A DNA stretch of 64,000 nucleotides from Antedon mediterranea (Eukaryota > Animalia > Echinodermata). The stretch lies in the NCBI RefSeq assembly GCF_964355755.1, contig NC_092674.1:15438001-15502000 (forward strand), read 5' to 3'. Within the stretch, counting starts at the first letter, position 1; the number at the start of each line of letters is the position of its first letter. The notes below the pieces were generated by a model, which was given only the letters and a program-made list of their open reading frames with translations, was not told the origin of the DNA and did not search any database. The position numbers and the translations under genes are program-made. Shown here piece after piece: positions 53,829-64,000 of the stretch.

Positions 53829-55170
53829 GATGTTTTATTCTTGGGTTATTGCTATTAATGTTACACCCTACCCCAAAAAATGTATTTTTATTACAATTTT
53901 TAAGAATAAAAAATGATAATTTGTGTATAATGAACTGCAATTTTAATCTTGTTAACATATATTTTCTTATTCAATATGTCAGTAAGCACAAGTAAAACAT
54001 AATTAAGATAAAACATATTGAAAATTATAGATACTATGTTGAAATTTATCTATATTTTGGCAAAAATGTGCATTTTTGTAAAAGGTCAATGACCTTTTGA
54101 CTGCTACTGACCCTACTATTAGTCCGATTAATTTTATTTAAATTTTATAAGATTTTAAAAGATGTATGCTACACAATGGTACCAAGATAATACTAATTAG
54201 GTGTTGGATTCTTGGGTTATTGGGATAATTGTTATCCCCTACCCCAAAAATGTCTTTTTATTGTAATTTTGAAGAATAACAAAATTACATGACAATTGGT
54301 ATTAATGCAGTGCAATTTTTTTCATGTTAACACATATTTTGTTATTCAATATGTCAGTAAACACAAGTAAAACACAATTAAAATAAAACATATTGAAAAT
54401 TGGAGATTTGATATTGAAATGTATCTCATTATGGCAAATATTTGCAATTTTGCAAAAGGTTAGTGACCTTTTGACCTCTACTGACCTTAAAAATGGTTCG
54501 AATAATTTTATTCAAATTTTATATGATTAAAAAACATGAATGCTACACAACGACACCAAGATCATACTAATTAGATGTTTTATTCTTGGGTTATTGCTAT
54601 TATTGTTACCCCCTACCCCAAAAAATGTATTTTTATTGCAATTTTTAACAATAAAAAATAACAATTTGTATATAATGAACTGCAATTTTTATCTTGTTAA
54701 CATATATTTTCTTATTCAATATGTCAGTAAGCACAAGTAAAACACAATTAAGATAAAAAAGATTGAAAATTGTAGATACGATATTGAAATTTATCTATAT
54801 TTTGGGAAAAATTTGCATTTTGCAAAAGGTCAATGACCTTTTGACCTCTACTGACCTTAATAATCTTCCGATTAATTTTATTAAAATTTTAAAAGATTTT
54901 AAAAGATGTATGCTACACAATGTTACTAAGATAATACTAATTAGATGTTGGATTCTTAGGTTATTAGGATAAATGTTACCCCCTACCCCAAAAAATATTT
55001 GAAGATAAAACACTGATGATCATTACAAATGACGCAAGTACATACAATGCATCCCTATATTTTTCTTGTTAACATCGATTTTTTCACTCTATATGTCCGT
55101 GGGAAGAAAATGATACCAAAGAAGTTTAACTGTGGGGGGAGGGGGGGGGGGGAGGGTGCACGGTAAACCC
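53829..55170. repeat. ~371-bp satellite-like tandem array (~3.5 units) with dimeric higher-order structure
   Basis: Units start at ~53829, 54200, 54574 and 54943. Units 1 and 3 share ttattgctatt; units 2 and 4 share ttatt(g/a)ggata. The array ends in a G-run and a GGAGGG...CCCTCC hairpin. Confidence 0.9.
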
Positions 55171-55180
55171 CCTCCAGCCC

Positions 55181-55945
55181 ATGGACTACAACAAGTCAAA
55201 GACCCGTCATCGTTATCTCGTAACGTCGGTTGATAGCACTTGGTGCAACATCCGCAAATTTATCGGTTCTCAGTTACGTAGTACGGCGTACAAAGTCAAG
55301 CATACTGAATGCTACAAGGTTCCCTCGTTACCATCTCCTCGATCGCACCATTATTACCAAGAGGACTCGAACAGCGATGATGATTATCAAATTCCTGAGC
55401 CACCGCGTACAAAAATACCTATTGAGCTGTCAACCCCAGCCGATCACGCTTACCAGGTTGATCCATTGCCTACCGGTACCGACTCAGAGTTCTTAACTCC
55501 TGCTGCTCCTGATGATGTCCGCCCTCTCACCGACCTTCATAAAGTCGTTATTCCACACCATCAGTGATAGAACCCAGACGATCTACTCGCTGTCATCGTT
55601 TACCCACTCATCTTAACGATTTTGTACTTGACAAGTGACTTCTGATTAGTATTGTGGGGCAGAATAATCCCCAAGCTGGAGGGCAGTCTACCCGATGAAA
55701 GCTCGTTTTTCACTTTATTATATATGATTCACAGTTTTGCCGATTTGCCGTTTTTGTTGTTGACTTTGTTTTTTAGAGAAAAGGAATAAAAAGGTAGTCA
55801 CGCCAGTATGGCTGTTATGTCACGTACGGCGCTCCATATGAGCCCCCTCGTTGTTGTTGTTCCATATACGAATGTTACTGTTTGCTTTGTTAATAAAGTT
55901 ACATTATTGTTATACCTCAAGTATCGGTTATTCAGTTGTATTATA
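55181..55945 (+). mobile_element. LTR retrotransposon 3' fragment (pol C-terminus, polypurine tract, LTR-like segment)
   Basis: RHRYLV..WCNIRKFIGSQLR..YKV, a Pro/acidic linker and RRSTR...P..LNDFVL; purine tract agagaaaaggaa at ~55775; AATAAA at ~55892. Confidence 0.65.
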
Positions 55946-56079
55946 TGTGTGAGTATTGTCTATATTATTACCAAGTTGGCGATGTGAACCAAAACACTTT
56001 CGTTTAATTGCTTTCACTTCAAATATTGTTATGTGCCTGGAAAAAGTTTTTCTTGATAAATTGAAATATAATGACAAAT

Positions 56080-56290
56080 AACAATTTTCGTATAAGAAAA
56101 ACAGAGGTGTTGATGATGCTCTTTTATTTTCGAATTCAAATTCATATTCATAAAGTTAGTAAACATGTAGACACTACCGCAATTTTGTATGATCAATGTT
56201 TTTTTCACTTTTCTAGTACGTTTAATACCATTTTACCCCATGTTCTTATAAATATGCTAATTGATTTTAATATTCCACCTAGACTTTAAG
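56080..56290 (+). mobile_element. Rex1/Babar-L2-type RT fragment
   Basis: YKKNRGVDDAL and FSSTFNTILPH (a DFSSAFNTI-like motif). Confidence 0.6.
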
Positions 56291-57249
56291 GTTAGTATTC
56301 ATCATACCAAAGTGCTCATTTTCGTTGTTTGATGGCTCATCCCGGTCCCAGTCTGAAACGAAACCTGAGCTGATTAAATTTTTCGTAGACTTTATTTACA
56401 TTAGAGGCTAGCAGCAAGATAAAAATATCATTAGGCTCCCTCGTGTTGTACGAATTCAAGAAAAATAAATATATATATTGTTAATTTTCTCTTTGTTGTT
56501 GAAACATACACTATTTTAAAATTTATTTTATGAGCATAATAACGATGAATAACGATTTATTCAAGATGTTTTGTTATGGCATGTTCCTTTGATTGAAACG
56601 ACAATGTAATTGATGGTCTTATAAAGGTTTTAAATGTGTTTATGTTTATGAATAACTTCATTTTTTTGTGATAATTTCACGCTATAAATACGATTATGTT
56701 ATGAATATTAATAAAAAAACCAACAAAAAATAAAAGAATCGAGTCACATGGTTTTCCAATTATTACATCCCGGTTACGTGACTCCCAGTAAATGTACTCA
56801 GAAAACATAAAAAAAACACAACCCTATAACATTCGTTAGCCAAAATAAAATAAAAACATAATAGTCTTTATGACAATTAGAACTAAAATAAAATTATATT
56901 TTTAAACCAAAATTAAAGAAATAATTATAGAATATTAATTATAAAAGGACGCGTTTGACCTACGGCCGCCGTTACTTTTTTTTTTATCTTTCGTGGGAAT
57001 CGCCCACCTTTATTGTAATTTCTTCTCATTTCCATTAACATGACTTAACAGGTATTTATAAACGTATTCATTTACGAACCAATGTATAATAGTTTAAATA
57101 ATTATGTAATTCTTAAAACGATATAGATACATATTTGGCATAAAGGTAAATAGACTATACAGATGAAGCTATAAAAGAAAAAAATACATTATACATATTG
57201 CATATTTCAAATTGTACTGTACAGATAAATAAAAATATTGCATATATAA

Positions 57250-58437
57250 AAATAGTGAATAAAGTAAAATTAAGGTAAGTTCTCTAAAATGCTAGTTTTT
57301 ACATTTTTCCATTTTTTTGTCTCCTTTCATAAATTGCATCCGTATTCATTTGTAATTAAGGATTTCAATTCAAATGCAACAAATTTATGTTTTTTCGTTT
57401 TTTCTAATTTTTCCTAAATGCATGATTTGTAAATGCAAAATGTGAATAATGAAATAAGTTCATTTACAATTATGTTTCGTGTACCTGTTATTATTTTATA
57501 CCAATTGATAGTACCTTCTGTTGGAAAACACTTAATTATGAGGTCTTTAAATTTAAGCCATACATTTTGAATTGCTGTACATTCAACTAGCATATGTAGT
57601 TCACATTCAATTTATTGTTTACACCTGTCACATATATTGTTTTCTACTATTTTCCAATCTTTAAGCCTTTTTTTACAAGGTAAAATGTTGTGTAGTAATT
57701 TAAAATTAAATTGTGCAATTTTATTTATGTGCTTAAAGTTGTGTATTTTATTTGTCCATACTTCATACCAATCTAGTTCAGCATTATTGAACACTACTTC
57801 CCATTTTGCCTCTGCAATGGGATAGGTAGCAATTTCATTAACAAAATGTCTATAATAAAATTGACCTTTGTTCTCTTTTCGGAACAAGGATTTCTTAATT
57901 GTGTTCACCTGTTCGTCATAATATTGGTTTCTTGCTATAGATTCTTTCCATTCAATAGGTAGCATTAATAAGCAACATGTATTCCATTAGACCATTTTGT
58001 CTTTTGGATAGAGTGGGTATTAGTACATCAGGTGCTATTATTCTGTTATTTACTATAATATCATTAATTACTTTATATCCAGAATGTAACCATGTTTCAA
58101 AATATAGTGATTTTCCATTAGTTGTAATATACCTATTTTCCCACAATTGTTGTGTTTTAATTTCTGCTACATTTATTGGATGTCGACCTAAAATATTGTT
58201 GATGTTTACCACATCTTTTAACGTTTCTACATACAAGTCTGATAAACCTCTTAAAACTATGTGTTCTTCTAAATTGAGTAGGCTTGTATTTACAGTATAT
58301 TCAATGGGATACATATAATAGAGTGGTATGCACTTCCATTTACCGGGATCTGGACTTAGAAGCCTTTTGACCCAACTTAACTTTAAAGATTTTACCATTG
58401 ATTTAACATTAATCATATTAAGACCACCTTCACACAC
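57250..58437 (-). mobile_element. Third Tx1/L1-type ORF2 3' fragment
   Basis: EGGLNMINV, SLKLSWVKRLLSPDPGKW, AQFNFKLLHNIL..C..C; homologous to the 41-47 kb copies. Confidence 0.9.
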
Positions 58438-59077
58438 TTGCTTGATGAGCCGCCGTTACACTTGATCTTGTTGTTGCGACACTCTATATATTATAAAACC
58501 ATAATTAAAGAAATGATTATAGAATAATAATTATAAAAATACGCATTAGACCTACGGCCGCCGTTACTAAATCTTGTTGTATAACACGTCACGAACTTAC
58601 CATGTTCTGCGTCCTACCCGTAGAAATATAATCTAATCTATAAGAGCATAGTTCAGTAGTAGACAATTTACCCTGATGAGCTTTGTTCTGGAGTGTTGCT
58701 GTTCAGTGTGTAATAAAAGACATTTTAATTTTTTTTTAAATAGACACGTAGGCCTATAGTGTAAACGTACCTCGAGATGACAATAAAAAGTAGGAACTTT
58801 AAGTTAATGCTGTAAATGTAATATTATGATTAGGTCCTTATTTAAATCTGAAGTTTACGTTGTTGTAATATCACTATTGTAATGGCTGATTTAGAAAGCG
58901 ATCATTGAAACACAATACCCTGTTAGTAACATTGCCGGAAGTTGATAGGCTAATCACAAAAAGGGATTGGAACCTAAAATGCATGTTCTGTTACGTTTAT
59001 ATATGTCTTCATTTTTTTCTTTTTATTTTTGTTGGGTGTTCTTGAGAAGAAAAATATGTTAAATATATATTTCCAAC

Positions 59078-59117
59078 CTGCAAACAGTACGGTTTCGATT
59101 AGATCTCGTAAGTGCAG
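59078..59117 (-). ncRNA. Degenerate type I hammerhead ribozyme (copy 1)
   Basis: Minus strand reads CTGCA CTTACGA GATCTAATC GAAA CCGTACTG TT TGCAG. Confidence 0.6.
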
Positions 59118-59160
59118 CTCAGGTTTCTAAATGAAATGTACCCCAGAACTAGCCCAATAT

Positions 59161-59838
59161 GATTTTGGTGTTATGCCTTTATGATTATGCTTGTAGCGTG
59201 TGGTACTCTGGATTAAAAAAACATTAAAAGTTAAATTGCAAACTGCACAAAATAAGACGGTCAGATTTATTCTTGGTCTTGAACCAAGAGATCACATTGG
59301 GGCTAATGAATTAAACAAACTGAATTGGCTCCCAGTAGACTTAAGAGTTAAACAGATAAAACTTTGTCACATGTATCGTATTATTAATGGATTAAGCCCT
59401 ACGTTTATGAATGATGGTATTAGTAGAGCAAATGTAATTCACCAGTACAATACTAGATTTGCAACTCAATCAATTTATAGACCATATATAGGTAACCACT
59501 CCCAAACAACCTTTGTTAACACGGCAATAACGTCATGGAATCACCTGCCAAAATTGATACAGTGTTCAGAAACCATCAATCAATTCAAAAGAAATATCAG
59601 GAAACATCTCAAAGAGGTTATGCTTGAAAGATTATAATTTATATTTATATTGTTACTACATGTGTTATTGTTTATTGTAAATGTTTATTCTTATGGTGTT
59701 TTTATCCTTAAGGGCCACAATGGAAATAAGTTTGACCTTTGGTTACTTTTTTGTGTTACCCTGAATTCATTCTTTGTATTTTTTTTTTTTATGTTGTGTT
59801 ATTTTATGAATTCGAATAAAGAAATGAAATGAAATGAA
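59161..59838 (+). mobile_element. L2/Crack-group LINE 3' fragment inserted into the hammerhead-bearing repeat
   Basis: DYACSVW, KLQTAQNK, LNWLPV, HQYNTR, WNHLP; (GAAAT)n tail; AATAT on both sides. Confidence 0.85.
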
Positions 59839-60013
59839 TATAATTGGCTGAGCCAGCACATGGTATACGGATTATGAACACAAAGAGTGCACAAATTCAA
59901 CGAGCGTGCTTTGCAAAATGCTAATAGTAATCACAACAAAAATGCACCTTTTTCGAAATGAAGAGTGCTCTACAAAACAACATACTATATCATGAATAAT
60001 ACCACCAAACTTA

Positions 60014-60760
60014 TTGAATAATTCCTGGTCTAGCTTTAAAAATGACATTTCAACTCTTAAAACCATTTTAAGTAAAAACTGTTTTCCACTCAGTATAATT
60101 AATGACAATATTCACCGATATCTTAATAAAAAATTTTCTCCTTGCAATGTTGCGTCAGTTGAGTCGATTATTGAACAAAACAAGGTTCTTTATTTTAAAT
60201 TACCTTACTTACAGTTTGCCAAATGCGCACAACAAAGAATCGACAAAATTACACGTAAATATTGCAAAGGTATTCATGTTAAATTAGCTTTCAAATCCAG
60301 GGAGTTGTACAACTCCCTGTTCAAATCATTCAAAATTTCAAACTTGTTTAGTATTAAGGACCCTGTCCCTGATGTGTTCCGCTCTCGTGTTGTATATACA
60401 TTTAAATGTATGGGATGTAATTCCATGTATATTGGTGAAACTAATAGACGGTTATCAATGCGGGTGCGTGAACATTTCAAGGACAAGGCTTCTCACATTT
60501 TTCAACATCTGCAGGATTCAGAACCGTGTAAGGTCCTCGCTAAGACGGAATGCTTCACCGTTCTGGATTCTGCAGATTCCGCTTTCAAACTTAAGGTCAA
60601 GGAAGCCCTCCACATCTCGTGGAGAAAAACCTTAGTTGAACAAACAAATCTATAACTTAGGCGTCACACTTTTCTGATGATGAGAATAATTTCTCTCGAA
60701 ATATGTCACATTTACATTTTTAGGGCAGTTTGCCTTTTTATTAAATGCCTCGATATAGTC
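60014..60760 (+). mobile_element. Penelope-like element 3' fragment (RT thumb plus GIY-YIG endonuclease)
   Basis: KLPY, VVYTFKCMGCNSMYIGETNRRLSMRVREH, HIFQH, KVKEALHI; followed by a CTGATGA-stem-GAAA remnant at 60674-60707. Confidence 0.9.
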
Positions 60761-60817
60761 ATCTTAGCATACTATATATATGTATATAGCAGAAAGTAGA
60801 GGAGCGTAATATCCAAT

Positions 60818-60862
60818 CTGCAGACAGTACTATTTCGATCTTATTAGATCTTGTCAATGCAG
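60818..60862 (-). ncRNA. Degenerate type I hammerhead ribozyme (copy 2)
   Basis: Minus strand reads CTGCA TTGACAA GATCT-AATA-AGATC GAAA TAGTACTG TC TGCAG. Confidence 0.68.
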
Positions 60863-62289
60863 CTCAGGTTTCGAACTGGCACAATATATAGGCTGAGCCA
60901 GTTATGTGGGACATGGTACACTGATTTTGAACACAAAGAGTGCACAAACTCAACGAGCGTTCTTCGAAAAATGGCAAAATCAATTTTACCATACGGTACA
61001 CAATTAAGTAGGTCCATTATCTAATGCCCGCTAGTACTGTTGGTTTTATGTATTCCATACGCTGCTACTTACCCCTTATTTATTATGATATCGTAGATCA
61101 CGTGGAGTGGTAAATATAGCAATGCATTTGAAGAGTTTAATCAGAATTGGTGTAGGCCTATTGCGTTCAATAAAACAAAAATTAGTTTATTTATGTTTTG
61201 ATCCAAATACACAAATAAAAAAAAACACTATTTAAGCCTAGATATTATACGGTATATAGGCCTATACACACAATTACCATATAGGGTAGTTATCGGAACA
61301 CCAAAAAATAATAAGCCTCTTTAAAAAGATCACCAAGTTGACACAATATATTATGATCTATTATCAAATAAAAGATAAATATCTACAATTAGTACAAGAA
61401 AGAAACTACATAATAATATTACAAATTAGAAGTATCACGGTTGCTGATGATTTATGGGATGTCATGATTTTGCAATAATAACTTTTTTAGCCTAATCACA
61501 CATTAACACCGTGGTTCTACCGTGGTTCTACCCGTATAAATAGAATTGTAGTACCATCTTTAAAACATACAACAAACCTCGAGATAACACATAAAAACTG
61601 CAAATAAAATATTATTATGGCAGCGTGCATATAAGTAAGATACGTCTCACACACTGTAATTTAGTATCTAACATGAATGAATACAGCCCAAAGATGCGTC
61701 TATGGACGTTGTTTACTATACTTATAATGAATTGTAATGGTAAGTTTAATTTTCATTCATTTGTTTAAGATTTAGAATATCAGATCAAAACAATAACACT
61801 AGTCCAAACTGTCTGTATAGTTGTTATTAATTTGAAATCTCTATCAATTTCTATAGCTACAATAGGGGCCTATGCATAAGCAGAAGACAATTAATTCAAT
61901 GGCCATTTTGTTCATTTCATTAATTTGGTTTTTAATGCTCTAGCTGGAACACATTTTATCCATTTGGCTACGTTAGAGCAGCACAATTTCTCGTAACATT
62001 TTATTTCATACTAGTTTCTTTGCGATTGTACATACATACATACAGGCGTGACGACAAATGCGGAAAATGTGGTGCCAACTCATTGTTTTAGTTTACAACC
62101 CGGGAATTATTATAAACATCTAACGGACCGATACTAGTATATTTTATATATTATAGCGGATAATGACAATAACAAAATCAATCATTTATATTCCCGTTAC
62201 GTCTTAGTATACTAAAAAAATAAATTTTTGTTTGTTTATACCATATTTTTTAATTTTTGAAAAGGTGTGTTGTCTAGGACTAGATTTTT

Positions 62290-62485
62290 GGGTGTCTATA
62301 AAACTCAGATCTAGAAAACTCAGATCTCATATTATATCTGAGTTTTCTAGATCTAGAAAACTCAGATATCTGAGTTTCCTAGATCTAGAAAACTCAGATA
62401 TCTGACTTGTCTAGATTTAGAAAACTCAGATATCAAGATATGAGTTTTCTAGTTCTAAAATGGAACTAGAAAAACCAGATCATCA
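62290..62485. mobile_element. Foldback/Mutator-like terminus with direct and inverted AAAACTCAGATCTAG subrepeats
   Basis: Starts GGGTGTC like the 29791 element; palindromic tctgagttttctagatctagaaaactcaga. Confidence 0.6.
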
Positions 62486-62679
62486 AATGGATCGTTCCAT
62501 TATTATTAGAGGGTAGCTTGTTTGAAATACTACACAGTATTATACGTTTTCTTACTAATAATAATAATTATTGTAACTTGTAGTAGCAGCCTACGACTTA
62601 AATCATAAAGAAATACAGTACACGCCTTTTAAAATGTAGGCTTAGCATTTAGGCCTAGCCTAGCAAACTCATTTCTAGG

Positions 62680-63872
62680 CTCAAAGGCAATTTTAGGCCC
62701 GCTACTCTTTATTATTTACATTAATGATTTAGCAAACATCTGTAAACACTCCAATCTTATTTTATATGCAGATGACACTAGCCTTTTAATTTCAGATAAT
62801 GTTTTAAACAGTCTAGTTGATAGATGTTAATTCCGATCTCTCGACTATCTCGAGTTGGTTTAAAGCAAATAAGTTATCGCTTAATGCTAATAAAACTAAT
62901 TATATGATTTTTAAGATATAGTAACCGTGTTTACAATGACCTTAACATTTTCATTGATAATAATAATAACATCTCTCGTGTAACTAGTTGTAAATTTCTT
63001 GGTGTAATAATGGACGAATGCTTAACCTGGAATCAACATACAATCCATATTGCAAACTTAGTTTCAAAATATTCTGGTATTCTTTTTAGGCTAAAACCAA
63101 TTTTACATGTCAATGTTCTATCATCCTTATACAAGACTCTAGTCCTTCCTCATATTCAATACTGCAGCTTGATTTGGGCTGACCACAATAACTGTCGCCT
63201 TGAAACTGTTTATCGCAAACAAAGCGCATAATGCGTTTATGCACAAATTCTCAATTCCTTGAGCATTCACCACCATTATTTGCTAGTCTTAACAACTTAA
63301 CTGTGTATGATATTCATAAGTTATCAAAAGGTGTTTTCATGTACAATTTAAGAATAATTTATTACCAGCTAACTTTTCTAATTATTATTATTATTTTGTT
63401 AGAGTAAACTCAGTCCATATTTATTGCTTCAGGTCCTTTGATACTTTTCGTCCTTATAATTTTGTTACCGATATGGGTAGAAACACTATCAGAGGACATG
63501 GTCCAATTTTATGGAACAGTATTGATGCTTCTATTCGTAATTCATCATCTATCAAAGTATTTAAAAAGTTGTATAAAAATAATTTGCTCTTAACTTATCA
63601 ATGAGTGTTACAAATATGTTTACATTTACATTGTTCTATTGCTTTTTTTTTTGGTTTTATCGCACTATCTTTGAGTTCATATGCCAACATGTTTAGCTAG
63701 TATTGTCTCGTCCTGTGCTTCAATTATGTTTGTATCATGTATTAATTATTTTGTTAAGGTGGCCAAATACTGTACGAGCTTTGCTCTTTTTTGGTCATCC
63801 TTCCATTTTTGCATATATTCATTACACTTGTTTATATTGGAAAATAAAAACTGAAACTGAAACTGAAACTGA
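62680..63872 (+). mobile_element. L2/Crack-group LINE 3' fragment
   Basis: ILGPLLFIIYINDL, LYADDT, KFLGVIMDECLTW, LVLPHIQYC, GPILWN; (AACTGA)n tail. Confidence 0.9.
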
Positions 63873-64000
63873 ACATCGCATACTTTTCTGTACCTTTCTT
63901 CGTTAAGATACGTGAAAGGGTCCTTCACGTTGTTGAAGAAATGTATTATACAGGGTCTTTTTTTTGCTCTTTGGCATGGTGCTAAAATAGATAGTAAAAT

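Noticed and set aside
1-64000. Prokaryotic operon or defence system (e.g. retron or DGR, suggested by the RT ORFs)
   Set aside because: All RTs have non-LTR retrotransposon motifs, host genes have spliceosomal introns, and coding density is very low.

Overview
AT-rich, intron-containing animal genomic DNA, not prokaryotic. The TE repertoire and protein features suggest a marine invertebrate deuterostome such as an echinoderm (inference). Two host genes lie on the minus strand. One is a BOK-like Bcl-2 family coding exon (595-1230), whose last exon probably lies left of the window. The other is a complete three-coding-exon acetylcholinesterase with a T/WAT tail (13469-16482, 601 aa when spliced). 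The rest is intergenic or intronic DNA full of decayed mobile elements: CR1/L2/Rex-type, Tx1/L1 and R2-like LINE fragments, a Penelope GIY-YIG fragment, an LTR-retrotransposon 3' end, a Deu/Nin-core tRNA SINE, a TTAA-flanked Kolobok-like element, foldback/MITE palindromes, Helentron-like repeats and mini/satellite arrays. Most notable: (1) the cholinesterase has Ser at the Gly119 oxyanion-hole position plus FSESAG instead of FGESAG; (2) a CR1-type LINE carries a 2A-like ribosome-skipping peptide; (3) two direct repeats carry complementary-decayed hammerhead ribozymes, a retrozyme-like arrangement; (4) the non-autonomous Kolobok-like element appears to keep two convergent spliced transcription units. 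All calls come from reading the sequence by eye; no searches were run.
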